DNA of 64,000 nucleotides from Haliotis rubra (Eukaryota): NCBI RefSeq assembly GCF_003918875.1, contig NW_025767503.1, positions 1 to 64,000 of the forward strand, read 5' to 3'. Shown piece by piece: positions 12,741 to 25,400 of this stretch (position 1 is its first letter; each line of letters starts with the position of its first letter). The notes under the pieces were generated by a model. It saw only the letters and a program-made list of their open reading frames with translations, ran no database searches and was not told where the DNA came from. The position numbers and the translations under genes were made by a program.

Positions 12741-14934
12741 GTAGTAGATATAATGACAGTCCGAGATCAAGTTCAACAAAAGCCTCTGCAAAGCTTTATA
12801 TCACAAATAAAGCTTTTGTCAGGCCCTTAGATCTCGCCCAGTATATCTACTACTTTTGAGCCCCCAGTTGACTTCCAGGGCCCACGTGACACAATAGATG
12901 TCGCTATGAAGTGTTGACAGGAGGTAACATTGTACCGTATAGTATGATCAATAATTCCTCTCTAACGAAACCTCTCCCTGGCCCATCTCTCAAGTGAGTA
13001 GTACAAATTCGGCTCGTCGGCTTTGATGTCCACTTTATCTATGTTGTAAGTTTTGACTGACCATATCGGATCTGTGGCTCACTTACGACTATCCTTCGGT
13101 AGAGGTACCTCACGGGACCCTATCTGGTATCTGTTTCTCCTTCCCATGCAATGGTGCAGCCGACGCAGCCACTATTGATTTTAGTTTGATAGCGTCGGCT
13201 GGTTTCTTGCCAGTGAGCCGAGTGGTTTTAATGGTTGATGGCCGACACCACCTGAGGTAGCCGCAGCTACCCATTCAGTCGATCGTTTCCCGGGTTGGCC
13301 ATCTCTCTCGCATACTGATGCCCGAATAAAGCTTCGGCCAAAGTCCTATTGAATCTCGACTATGGCTTGTCTGGCGATGGGCTCCGGCCATGCCACGCCT
13401 GAGCTTGGTATCCTGTTTGTCTGGCGCAGTTGTGACGCGGCACCCATAAACTCCGCCTGGGGGTCAACTTGCAGCTCTGTGGGCCACGTCAGCGGACTGC
13501 GTTTGTACATGTGTTCGAATCCGCGGGCTACCTGGGCCGAGTCTTTCGCGGTCAAGGGTTCGAGCTTCCTTGTAGCGACTGGCCCACATCCCCACGGTTA
13601 GGGCATACTTTTGTACCTCTTATCGTGGGGTAGGAACAGGAGGTCGGCTTGGTGAACGCTATTGGGTATGTTAATACCGAACTTCCTTCTAGGCACGTAG
13701 CGTGGTGCCGGTAAATAGATCTGCCACAGGGCTTGTTTTTCGCTTCACGCTTTGGCCTCGTTCGGGGTACTTTCGCCATTTTAGCCAGCTTATGTACGGC
13801 GCTAGATCCTTTCCAGTACCCATGCGGGCTGTAGTAAATAGCCTCAAACTTTCTCTGGTTCGTGACATGTCAATACAGGTATTGTATTTATATATACACC
13901 TATGTTCTTGGTTCAATTTTCTCATGCGCCAGCGGCGATGCGTGTTGATCCGATCGATGGCTATCCAACGGCAGGTGTCCATCAGCGACAGGGACGTCTT
14001 GTTTATCGTCAGTCTGTATATCCTGTGCCCATCACTTCTAAAGCGTGTTCATTTTATGTCTGAAAGTACAGGTCTGGTACAGGTAGATACTACTGGCTCA
14101 TGGCCCAGCCGTACAGGTTGTTGGCATCGAGGTAGAGAATATGATTGGTTTTCTTGCTTTCGGGTCGTAGCCCTTCACATATTGATTATTTGCTTTCCGC
14201 GTATCGTTTAGAGACCATGGAAATCCCACCTCGCAAGCCTTTCTCAATGAATAGGTGCATGTCGTAATCGGTGAGCAATTCCAACTTAACTCCGGTCTTT
14301 TTCAACAATGCATCCCACGACAGACCTGGGCTGGTGTAGTACCATGCGGGGGTCGAGTTGATACTGCTTAAAACACGTCCTCCTAAACGTCTCGGACACG
14401 TCGGCTAGCAGGGTACATCTGTCCTCAAGTACAGGTCGTGGTAGTCACCCAGATTCTTACAGCCCAGTTTATTCCATACGTTAGTTGCGTGCGAGTAATC
14501 GTTTTGGGTGATTGTCGAGTCGTTCAGGTTGCTGTAAAATCGGTTGATGGGGAGGCAGTCGCGTCTCGGTGAATGAGAAGGTGTACTGGTGGTCGCGTCT
14601 GCCGCCCGACTTTATAGAACCCAAATGGTTGATCAACATAACTCTCACCGCACCTTATATCTCGTTAAATGGGATAGGAGGTCTCCGAAATTAGGAACAA
14701 CGGTATCTTGCTTGGGGTTTCGTTCCTAAATTATAGGATAAGTACTCAGCTAACACGGGATCACACGAGTAACATGTTAGTTTCAGTATTCTTGAAGGAC
14801 GAGTTAATGTTTGACGTCCCCAATTCCCAATTGGACGTAATGACTGTGAAAAAGGCTCCACACTCGCCATAGGAGTCTTCCTCGGGGTGGTTTTGATAAT
14901 ACAGAATGGCAACTTTACCCGGGGTGACAATACG
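12741..14934 (-). mobile_element. Polinton remnant, copy B (internally deleted)
   Basis: Terminus GTAGTAGATATA at 12741, integrase ~12940-13868, PolB fragments 13915-14073 and 14080-14575, internal fragment 14580-14934. Confidence 0.85.
12940..13868 (-). pseudogene. Polinton rve integrase, more complete copy
   Basis: ATG at 13868. Includes WPTELQVDP and the C-terminal part missing from copy A (QAIVE.FNRTLAE, TRLTGKKPADAIK, RATDPIWSVKTY, GFVREEL). Confidence 0.82.
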
Positions 14935-15104
14935 AATTGTTAAGGATGTGTTTGAGGAATATGGATACACTTACAATGGCAGCGACCCCTCAGCGTTCAC
15001 ACAGATGGCAGAAGGTGTTTTGGCCAGTCGGGGGCTCTCTCGGTTTTAAGTATGGCGTGTCACAGAAGGTGGAAGTCTCCCACGTTGGCAGTCACAGAAG
15101 ATAA
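14935..15104 (+). pseudogene. 3' fragment (~56 codons) of a PFP gene-2 duplicate, fused to the Polinton remnant
   Basis: IVKDVFEEYGYTYNGSDP..VFWPVGGSLGFKYGVSQKVEVSHVGSHRR* with frameshifts. It is the reverse complement of 34510-34682, and the 3' flank match continues to ~16414. Confidence 0.92.
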
Positions 15105-15334
15105 TCTGCAACGGATCGGCAGCAAACCGTACATATATGTCAGAGACCGTGGACATATTGTTACTGGGCTTACTTTTATCAGAAACCCCACTTTTACTGT
15201 TAGCATATTATTCTTATCTCTATATTAGAAACTAAAAATAAGACTCTAAAGGATTTCATTTTGATTCACGTCACCGCCAACTGTAAATGATTCTAGTACA
15301 GTACTTCACTGTACACAAATCTTTCAGCATACAA

Positions 15335-15648
15335 GGTTGTATCCTGTTGATACATCACATCTTTAAGTGCACAGATTTTGTTTCCTGTTAATACATCGCA
15401 TCTTTAAGTGCAGAGATTTGGTTTCTTGTTAGTACATCACATCCCTAAGTGCACAGATTTTGTTTTCTGTTAATACATCACATGCATAAGAGCAGAGATT
15501 TTTGTTTCCTGTTAGTCCATCACATCTTTAAGTGCATAGATGTTGTTTCATATAATTACTTCGCATTCTTAAGTGCAGAGATTTTGTTTCCTGCTAATAC
15601 ATCACATCATTAAGTACACAGAGGTTGTTTCCTGTTAATGCATCACAT
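15335..15648. repeat. 41-bp minisatellite, about 7-8 diverged units
   Basis: Unit gtttcctgttaatacatcacatctttaagtgcacagatttt. Only about 2 units occur at the paralogous site 34213-34280. Confidence 0.9.
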
Positions 15649-16821
15649 ACTCTATCAGCACACTTTACGACAGACGTTAAGCTGATACGTACACGACGAC
15701 GTTCCCATCGTCAACACCGCGAATAGAGGACTCCACTTGCTGTGCCTGTGTGCATTCTTGTCTTGGGAAGCCTTTGATAACTTAACATTGTAAAACACAA
15801 CATATATATACATATATACCTTTTGGTCACATGTATCGCAGTTGTTGTAAGAAAATAAATATATAACCCATGCTTGATTTTATACATTTATTTACTATTC
15901 CATCGTATCATTTGAAAAGGGAGATACCTTGCGCTATTAGACAGAGTGAGAGCATGGCGGTGGTACGAGTGTGTTTATGGTCTATGACAGGTATTTGGAT
16001 TGTGCGAGAGGACTACCTGACACGTTCCGGCACTTTGTTCATCCTGTGTTTGTTAATGTTTGGTATTTTTGGACTCCGGTGTCAGGACTGTGTGACATCA
16101 ATAGAGACATGTTATAATTCTGATATGAGTGAGTGAGTTCAGTTTTACGCTACACTCAGCAATATTCTAACTATAAGGAGGCAGTCTGTAAATAATCGAG
16201 TCGAATCTGTGCTTTACACATTTTATTTGGATACCAACAATTACAACTACAGGTTACAGGCTTTTGATATGTCCTTCTAAAATATCTTCAGACTTTTTTC
16301 TTGAACAAGAGTTAGTGAGTGAGTTTAGTTTTACACCCTCTCAGCAATATTCTAGCTATATGGCGGCGGTTTGTAAATAATCGAGTCTGGATCAGACAAT
16401 CCAGTGATCAACAGTAAAACCTAGAAAACTAGAGCATGTAAAAACCTCTCTGAACAAGCTAGTAAAGCACTTCGGCCTGTTAAATCATTGATAAGGCGGT
16501 ATAACATGTATTTTTCTGATGCTTTCTATACTTTTGATGAGAAGATTGTTCCAATTCGTACATATGCATATGCAAATAAATCGCTCTCTCTCAAATGAAG
16601 TGTAAACTAATATTTCTTAACGTTTAGACTTCTCGTGAAGTTTCGCTCGTCCTCCACCTACGGCCTTCATCCCAGCACTGATACGTCAAGGAAGCAATAG
16701 ACTGAGCAGTCGCGAGGGCTGTGGTCGAGTTGGCAGGAAATAAGAACAAAACGTTTTTCACATTACAACATCTATCGGACGAAGAGAAAATATATAATGT
16801 TGCCTCAGGCAATTATTCATG

Positions 16822-17071
16822 TTATACCACTAGGGAATGTTATGTCCATTGTTCTTGCAGGTTGATTTTCTGTGTATCAACCTTCTATCTGCACGTGCAG
16901 AGGTTGATATGTGGATAACAACCTTGGCGGTGCAGGAAACGCACGTGCAACAGGCAATGTACGAGTCCATTCGGCGCCCACGTGGTATAAGTAGGTTAGC
17001 ACACCCCTCTGCGGGTGATATGGCTCGAGCGTTGAAATCCATATCACCCTTGAGGAGGGTGCTAACGTATA
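16822..17071. mobile_element. ~250-bp non-autonomous insertion with a subterminal hairpin
   Basis: Absent from the paralogous sites at ~49290 and ~63550. Contains the inverted pair gttagcacacccctc..gggtgatatgg / ccatatcaccc..gagggtgctaac. Confidence 0.55.
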
Positions 17072-17504
17072 CATAAATATTTTAATAACGATTCCTCATG
17101 TTATGTTAGGCATGAAAACGTGTGAACTCATTAACCTCAATGTATTTTACAAAGTATAGTTAACCCTCCTGAGTCAGGACGCCTTACTATATGGGCAGTT
17201 ACCGCTTAAATCGTATGAAACATGGAGACGTTACTACTTACCCAGGACTCGTTAATACGGACATTTGTTATTGATAAATGTATGTTAATACATAATTATT
17301 TTCTCGTTTCATCGATACAGTCCGATAAACGAGGTTCAACATTATAATGAACTGGTCTGTAGCTCTCCTAGGAGAAACGACACATACACACACTAATCAG
17401 AGCTGAATGATGGGGGACACGGGGGAAGTTGCGAGAAAATCGGTTACCAAGTAAAATGGGGATAGACCTTTCCATACAGTGTGACGTAACTTGGTATGTG
17501 GGTG

Positions 17505-17645
17505 AGTACCGTTTAGTTTTACGCCGGTTTTTGCAATATTCCTACAATATCACGGAGGGGGACATCAGCACCTTGTACCCATGTGGTGAACCAAACCCGG
17601 GTATTCGGCGAGACAGAGCGAATGCTTGAACCCCACCGCCCTGGG
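17505..17645 (-). mobile_element. Degraded tRNA-derived SINE (family A); paralogue at ~48722-48865
   Basis: Similar to the intact family A copies, for example 32678-32847. Confidence 0.7.
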
Positions 17646-18384
17646 TATGTGAAGGGTAGTGTATTATGCATAATGCAAATGCCATGTCGTGAGTTGCACA
17701 TTGTCACCCGGGCCGCACTGATCTGTCCCATGCCGGCACATGCCCCTCAGACACACGTCATACAGCAGAGTCTATCAATAACACACCTATCGATTCTATC
17801 GATCACTGACTGGTGCAATAATGGCTTACTTGTCAGGCTCACATCGAAGGAGCGCAATTTGTATTGACTGTTGTCTGCTTTATCAAAGTCAAATATTTGG
17901 CTACAGACATATTTGGCTACAGACAGCTGTTAATTAACCAGTGTTTTATGTCGCAGATGAAAATCTGTAACCACTTTTGCCCATTGTATTCAGCTCTGGC
18001 TGGGTCTACTCCATAATTAGTGGTGGTGGATTCTGAAAAAGAAAATATGTATGTAGTGTATAATCACTTAACTTTTATGAAAGTATCATTTTTTCAATAA
18101 ACTTTATTCAGCTACTTTACTTATACTTACGTGGCTCGCAGATTACAGAGTATTTAAATGTTATTTTAGGCCGCATGATAGGTGATGTGGCGCCTAGTTT
18201 GTCGTCAAGTTGCCCCATCATGGAAATACCCACTGGTATTGTTGCAATAGTGGCTATGATGTGTGTCCCAGTCTATCGTCTATTGTTAGGAAGTTTTATT
18301 ACACAGTGAAAGAAATCAATTCGTCAATTTTAGGTAGTGACAACTCTGTCTTCACATTACATTTGTTACACATACAAAACAACG

Positions 18385-20663
18385 GACACATCTGTGATGT
18401 AACTCGTGTGTTGAGGGATATATATAGTAAGGCCTCGTTAAACCGGACACATCTGTGATGTAACTCGTGTGTTAGGGGATATATATAGTAAGGCCTCGTT
18501 AAACCGGACACAGCTGTGATGTTACTCGTGTGTTGAGGATATATATAGTAAGGCCTCGTTAAACCGGACACGTACAGCTGTGATGTATAACTCGTGTGTT
18601 GAGGATAGATATAGTAAGGCCTCGTTAAACCGGACACAGCTGTGATGTTACTCGTGTGTTGAGGATATATATAGTAAAGGCCTCGTTAAACCGGACACAG
18701 CTGGATGTAACTCGTGTGTTGAGGATATATATAGTAAGGCCTCTTTTAAACCGGACACAGCTGTGATGTTACTCGTGTGTTGACAATATATACAGTAAGG
18801 CCTCGTTAAACCGGACACAGCTGTGATGTTACTCGTGTGTTGAGAATATATATAGTAAGGCCTCGTTAAACCGGACACAGCTGTGATGTATAACTCGTGT
18901 TGAGGATAGATATAGTAAGGCCTCGTTAAACCGGACACAGCTGTGATGTATAACTCGTGTGTTGAGGATATATATAGTAAGGCCTCGTTAAACCGGACAC
19001 AGCTGGATGCAACTCGTGTTGAGGATATATATATAGTAAGGCCTCGTTAAACCGGACACAGCTGTGATGTATAACTCGTGTGTTGAGGAAATATATAGTA
19101 AGGCCTCGTTAAACCGGACACAGCTGTGATGTATAACTCGTGTGTTGAGGATAGATATAGTAAGGCCTCGTTAAACCGGACACAGCTGTGATGTATAACT
19201 CGTGTTAAGGATATATATAGTAAGGCCTCGTTAAACCGGACACGTACAGCTGTGATGTATAACTCGTGTTGAGGATATATATAGTAAGGCCTCGTTAAAC
19301 CGGACACAGCTGTGATGTATAACTCGTGTGTTGAGGGATAGATATAGTAAGGCCTCGTTAAACCGGACACAGCTGTGATGTATAACTCGTGTGTTGAGGA
19401 TATATATAGTAAGGCCTCGTTAAACCAGACACAGCTGTGATGTAACTCGTGTGTTGAGGATAGATATAGTAAGGCCTCGTTAAACCGGACACAGCTGTGA
19501 TGTATAACTCGTGTGTTGAGGATATATATAGTAAGGCCTCGTTAAAACCGGACACAGCTGTGATGTATAACTCGTGTGTTGAGGATAGATATTGTAAGGC
19601 CTCGTTAAACCGGACACAGCTGTGATGTATAACTCGTGTGTTGAGGATATATATATATAGTAAGGCCTCGTTAAACCGGACACAGCTGTGATGTATAACT
19701 CGTGTGTTGAGGATAGATATAGTAAGGCCTCGTTAAACCGGACACAGCTGTGATGTAACTCGTGTGTTGAGGATATATATAGTAAGGCCTCGTTAAACCG
19801 GACACAGCTGTGATGTATAACTCGTGTTGAGGATAGATATAGTAAGGCCTCGTTAAACCGGACACAGCTGTGATGTATAACTCGTGTTGAGGATAGATAT
19901 AGTAAGGCCTCGTTAAACCGGACACAGCTGTGATGTATAACTCGTGTGTTGAGGATAGATATAGTAAGGCCTCGTTAAACCGGACACAGCTGTGATGTAT
20001 AACTCGTGTGTTGAGGATATATATAGTAAGGCCTCGTTAAACCGGACACAGCTGTGATGTATAACTCCTGTGTTGAGGATAGATAAAGTAAAGGCCTCGT
20101 TAAACCGGACACAGCTGTGATGCATAACTCCTGTGTTGAGGATATATATAGTAAGGCCTCGTTAAACCAGACACAGCTGTGATGTATAACTCGTGTGTTG
20201 AGGATATATATAGTAAGGCCTCGTTAAACCGGACACAGCTGTGATGTATAACTCGTGTGTTGAGGATAGATATAGTAAGGCCTCGTTAAACCGGACACAG
20301 CTGTGATGTATAACTCGTGTGTTGAGGGATATATATAGTAAGGCCTCGTTAAACCGGACACAGCTGTGATGTAACGCGTGTGTTGAGGATATATATAGTA
20401 AGGCCTCGTTAAACCGGACACAGCTGGATGTAACTCGTGTGTTGAGGATAGATATAGTAAGGCCTCGTTAAACCGGACACAGCTGTGATGTATAACTCGT
20501 GTGTTGAGGATATATATAGTAAGGCCTCGTTAAACCGGACACAGCTGTGATGTAACTCGTGTGTTGAGGATATATATAGTAAGGCCTCGTTAAACCGGAC
20601 ACAGCTGTGATGTATAACTCGTGTGTTGAGGATAGATATAGTAAGGCCTCGTTAAACCGGACA
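18385..20663. repeat. 60-62-bp tandem satellite, about 37 units
   Basis: Unit tagtaaggcctcgttaaaccggacacagctgtgatgt(at)aactcgtgtgttgaggatatata. There are no unique spacers. Confidence 0.97.
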
Positions 20664-21049
20664 ACATTTCGCATGCTGCTTACACATAGTGAACCCCTTT
20701 TTCCACGGACACCTCGTTGCTGCAAAAAGTAGTTGCTCATATAAAGCAAACCCTCGTTAATAACATCTACATGCTTACATCGTGAGTATTACACGCATAC
20801 ATAGTGATCCCCTGTTATTCCGAACACCTTACCTCACGTGTGTCGTGATGTCATACAGAGAGAACACTCGTTACTCCACACTGTGACTTGCTAATTTCAA
20901 CCATTGTCATACATTTCTCAATCAAATCTCTAGGTAAAGTATCGCCACGTCGTCAAGCACACACAACTTCTCACAGATGATCATCGGCATGTCTATAACT
21001 TTCAACGACATCATATAAATAGCAGCAAAGTACAATTGCCTTAGTGCAA

Positions 21050-22309
21050 AGGTCGCATGCAACCCAAAAAATCAAACATAATTAAAAACACAATTATCAC
21101 TTCTTCGTGACATATAATATGCATTGCTGATAATGAAAAACAAATAAACAAAATTATAAGCTTATAATCGCAAATCAAAGTGCAATATTTTTGTACTTGG
21201 GTTTACTTCCCTCGAAACGAAGCAGCCGGGATACCGAACCCAGTCAAGAGCGGGTGGGTGTGCACTCAAGTGTAACGGCTGGTCCATTAGCAGATGCCGC
21301 CTTCACTGGTCATTGTGTGTGTATATATAGAGATGTTGGGTTTTGTAAATGCATGCTCATTTTTTGAGTATAACATTTTGCAATCAACAGACATCATAAC
21401 ATGTCATGTGTTCAAGTATCACACCTGCCTGTCTGTGTAATTACATAATGTGACAGAGACCGAACTCGGGCCATAAATCAATGCATTTTGTTTATGGTGT
21501 ATAGCCCTGATTGGTGTTAAAGTTCAAATTGCATGTGGTCAGTGATAGCAGCTGTGTATTGAATATTGTCATTAGCAGACAGGCAGGCAGACACACAGGT
21601 GTCAATAAAACAAGACATTGAGTTTTGTCTGTGACAACGACATATCTATATCACAGTAAGAAATTCTGTCAACGCTAAATAATGACATTGCTTTTAAGTA
21701 TCGACTGACTGACTGAGTTTAGTTTTACGCCGCTTTTAGCAATATTCCAGCAATATCACGGCGGGGACACAGAAATGGGCTTAACACATTGTGCCCATGT
21801 GGGGAATCGAACCCGGGCCTTCGGCGTGACGAGCCAACGCTTTAACCACTAGGCTACCCCACCGCCCCTTTAAGGTATCGAACTGAGAAAGTGTCTCGGT
21901 CGGCAGAAGAACGTGTGGTGAAATAGACAAATGAAATTATAGAAACAGTTAATTTACTGTCATAACATATAAGAAGCTCGCGCCTGTGAGATATCAACAA
22001 AACATTAGAAAAATAGCTCACACCAAAGCCTTCACCGAGTATTCACCCGACAACCCGCTTCCAAGCTGCGCGAACCTATTTACTTGCGCACGTGCTATGA
22101 GCGCAGCCCAGCTGTTGAAACCCGTTTTCCCCAGACAAAGTCTGGGGAAAAATTAGTGAAACGTTTGAACTCCGATTTCGCGCGTTTTTTTCATCGCGTT
22201 ATTTTTTCAACTTTATAAGTTGAATTTGCATTTTGACGATTTTTTTCGGTATGTCCGTACAGAAAGGTATCAGAATCTGCAAAGTTGTGTTTTACGTTGC
22301 ATGTGACCT
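21050..22309. mobile_element. Non-autonomous TTAA-targeting DNA transposon (Kolobok-like)
   Basis: TIRs AGGTCGCATGCAAC / GTTGCATGTGACCT followed by TTAA (22310-22313); the left TTAA is disrupted. The paralogous empty site at ~46431 has a single TTAA. Confidence 0.8.
21705..21868 (-). mobile_element. tRNA-derived SINE (family A) nested in the Kolobok-like element
   Basis: Box A (tagcctagtgg) and box B (ggttcgattcc), (cagt)n tail, TSD-like tttaag(g)tatcga on both sides. Confidence 0.88.
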
Positions 22310-22468
22310 TTAATGATCACTGTTGTACCTCGCGGTATTCAAAACAGGCCAAGCTGTTTTAAGGGTAAGTCACTTTATTCCCGTTTGTGATATTATTTGC
22401 CAACGACATAACAATAACTAGCTGTTTGTGTAACGCGACATATACTGCTGACAGCACATCACGTGATA

Positions 22469-25400
22469 TAGGTGACCCTCCCCAGGGGAATTTTGAAGAC
22501 TATATTTTTTGAAAGCTTATCATATGTACATTCAAATTCCAGGTGTTTGCAGGCTGGGTGCGGGGACTTTTTCCCGCAGTGACCCCCAAAGGGGTCAGGG
22601 TGGGAAAACTTTGGGAAAATTAGTTTTTGCTTTTTTCACAAAATACATTCTAATAACTGCTTTCTATCAGGAACTATAAAAATATTTAAAGTTTATTGAT
22701 TAGTTACAGGTACAGGAAGACATTTACTTTGAAAAATGCATTGCGTCTAAGGGAAAAATTAAACTTTATAGCTGTTTTTCTACACTTTCTAGTGGGCAAT
22801 TGTTTTAAGAAGGTATTCTTGTTTCAATAGCTCTAAAATGATCAAAATTAATGTTACAGCTATACTTAAAGCATGAAAGGACTTTGAGATGGTTTATTGT
22901 AGTTTGGGTGCTGGGGATTTTTCATGCCGTGACCCCCCAAGAGGGGGGCCAGGGGGTAAAAATTTGGAAAAATGAGTTTTTTTCATTTTTTCACAAAATA
23001 CATTCTAATAACTGCCCTTTATTAGGAACAATGAAAATATCTAACATTTATTATTTAGTTAGAGGCACAGGAAGACTTTAAATTCGAAAAATGCATTGTG
23101 TCTAAGGGGGAAATCAGACTTGAATGCTGTTTTTCTACACTGTCTAGTTGGCAGTTGGTTAAAGAACGTATTATTTCTTCAATTGCTCTAAAATGATCAA
23201 AATTAATGTTACAGTTATACATAAAGCATGGTGGTTTATTCTCACTTTGGCTTTTTATAACATTGAGTTACCATTACTTATATTTATGTACCTTTATGCC
23301 GAATCATCATAGATTGTGTCCAGAAGACTCTCAATCTCAACTTCGTCTGAATCCTCCATTCCACTTAAATCTAAGTTCTTGCTGGATATTATGTCTGTCA
23401 ACTCTTGTGGAAGGATGTTGCCTATGGTCCATTGACATTTCAGAGCATTTACTCCCCCTTTCAGCCACCCTTAGCCCACAGGGTGAGCAGCACTAGGGTG
23501 ATTCTTGTCAGCACTGACCAAGATCAAGGCCTGGTGATCGCACTCTGCATGTGCATGTGTAGGGAGTCTCTGCAAGGAGTCCAAAGACCTCAACAAGTCA
23601 GTAGCTATCTCATCAGAAAGTCCTATCTTGGAAAAAGCATTCACAAATTCAGGGTGAGATTCGAGAAGCTCAATGGGGAGAACTTTGCCGCATTTGACAA
23701 AGGCACTAGTGGTATCACGTCCTGTAAATGCATGAAGGGCTGGCTGGACATTGCACAGAGTGGACCCTTTCAGATTGATGATACTTTGTACATCCAGAAG
23801 TCTTCGTTTGTCACCAGTGCCTTTGTCAAATAGAACAGAAGTTTTCACCGTTTGAACAACCTTCAGAAGCAGAATCAACACATCTGTATAATCTGATCAT
23901 ATCACAACTTGTGCAGCAGAAGGATGCTGAGCATCAACATGCAAAACGTGAAGAATGATTCTAGTTTCCACTTCTTAATGTGAAGAAAGCATTCACAAAG
24001 CATTCTCTGGAGTGACAGATACTGATTCGTCATCTGTGGTCATCAACCATTAACTAAAACACTCTTCACCTTTCATAGAGAAGACTTTCTTTCCTTGAAG
24101 TCGACTCATCCAAATGAAAGTTGAGAGAAATGTATTTGCTCAGTTGGTTCTCTTGAGTGAGCAACATGACACTGATGGCGAAAAACATCTTCATTCCCAT
24201 TATCACCTGTTCCATGGGCCTTAGCAACAGCTGATGGCTACCCAGTGAAAATCAACAAAGCCAAACTGCTGCACTACCTGGAGACTGATGCAAAGAAGCA
24301 TGATTTGATCGCTGATGATGCTGTGCATACAGTAGATGGTAATGCCCTACTCCAGTGCCTCACTGGCATCCCCGATACATTTGAGAAGCTAGCTGAGAAG
24401 GTTTCTGTTATGCTTCCACATTCGGAAAGAGTGGAGTTTGTCACAGATTCATAACAAGAAAGACTCCATCAAGTGATTAGAGAGAGACAGAAGATGAACA
24501 GCTCATTTTTGGTTCAGGGTCCAAATTATAAAACCCCATCTGACTGGAAATCGTTTGTGTCCAATCCCAAGCACAAAAGGCAATTGATACAACTGATCTT
24601 TGATGAATGATGTACTGACAAATACACAATTCAACTTCAGTGGAAAAAAAGTCTTCTTTATGAAAGGTGAAGAGTGTTTTTTGTTGATGACCACAGATGG
24701 CAAATCAGTATCTGTCACTCCAGAGAATGCTTTGTGTTCATCACATTAAGAAGTGGAAACTAGAATCATTCTTCACGTTTTGCATGTTGATGCTCAGCAT
24801 CCTTCTGCTGCACAAGTTGTGATATGATCAGATTATACAGATGTGTTGATTCTGCTTCTGAAGGTTGTTCAAACGGTGAAAACTTCTGTTCTATTTGACA
24901 AAGGCACTGGTGACAAACGAAGACTTCTGGATGTACAAAGTATCATCAATCTGAAAGGGTCCACTCTGTGCAATGTCCAGCCAGCCCTTCATGCATTTAC
25001 AGGACGTGATACCACCAGTGCCTTTGTCAAATGCGGCAAAGTTCTCCCCATTGAGCTTCTCGAATCTCACCCTGAATTTGTGAATGCTTTATCCAAGATA
25101 GGACTTTTTGATGAGATAGCTTCTGACTTGTTGAGGTCATTGGCCTCCTTTGTCTGTCATATATATGGTCAAGTCACAAACAATGTAAGTGAGGCTCGCT
25201 ACCAAATCTTCATGAAGAAGTTAAAACCCAAGGGAGGACAGACTATGACAAGCTATGATGATGTAGACATGAGACTCCTTCCACCTTGCAAAGACTCCCT
25301 ACACATGCACATGCAGTGTGCGATCACCAGGCCTGATCTTGGTCAATGCTGACAAGAATCACCCTAGTGTTGCTCACCCTGTGGGCTAAGGGTGGCTGAA

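Larger units (their letters stand above)
265..14934. repeat. Large inverted duplication: arms ~265-9154 and 10554-14934 around a 1.4-kb spacer (9155-10553)
   Basis: Reverse-complement matches: 8305-9154 with 10554-11409; 6423-6720 with 12660-12949; 5700-6420 with 13385-14073; 4188-4655 with 14080-14575; 265-640 with 14580-14934. Confidence 0.9.
16417..22467. repeat. Inverted segmental duplicate of 46241-49470 plus 56518-56735
   Basis: Continuous reverse-complement match. It carries the empty BEL site (cttcacgAGAAGtctaaacg on the minus strand at 16621-16640). Confidence 0.92.

Noticed and set aside
18385-20663. CRISPR-like regular array
   Set aside because: Units are head-to-tail with no unique spacers, there are no cas genes, and the context is eukaryotic. 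The same applies to the 31-, 33- and 43-bp arrays.
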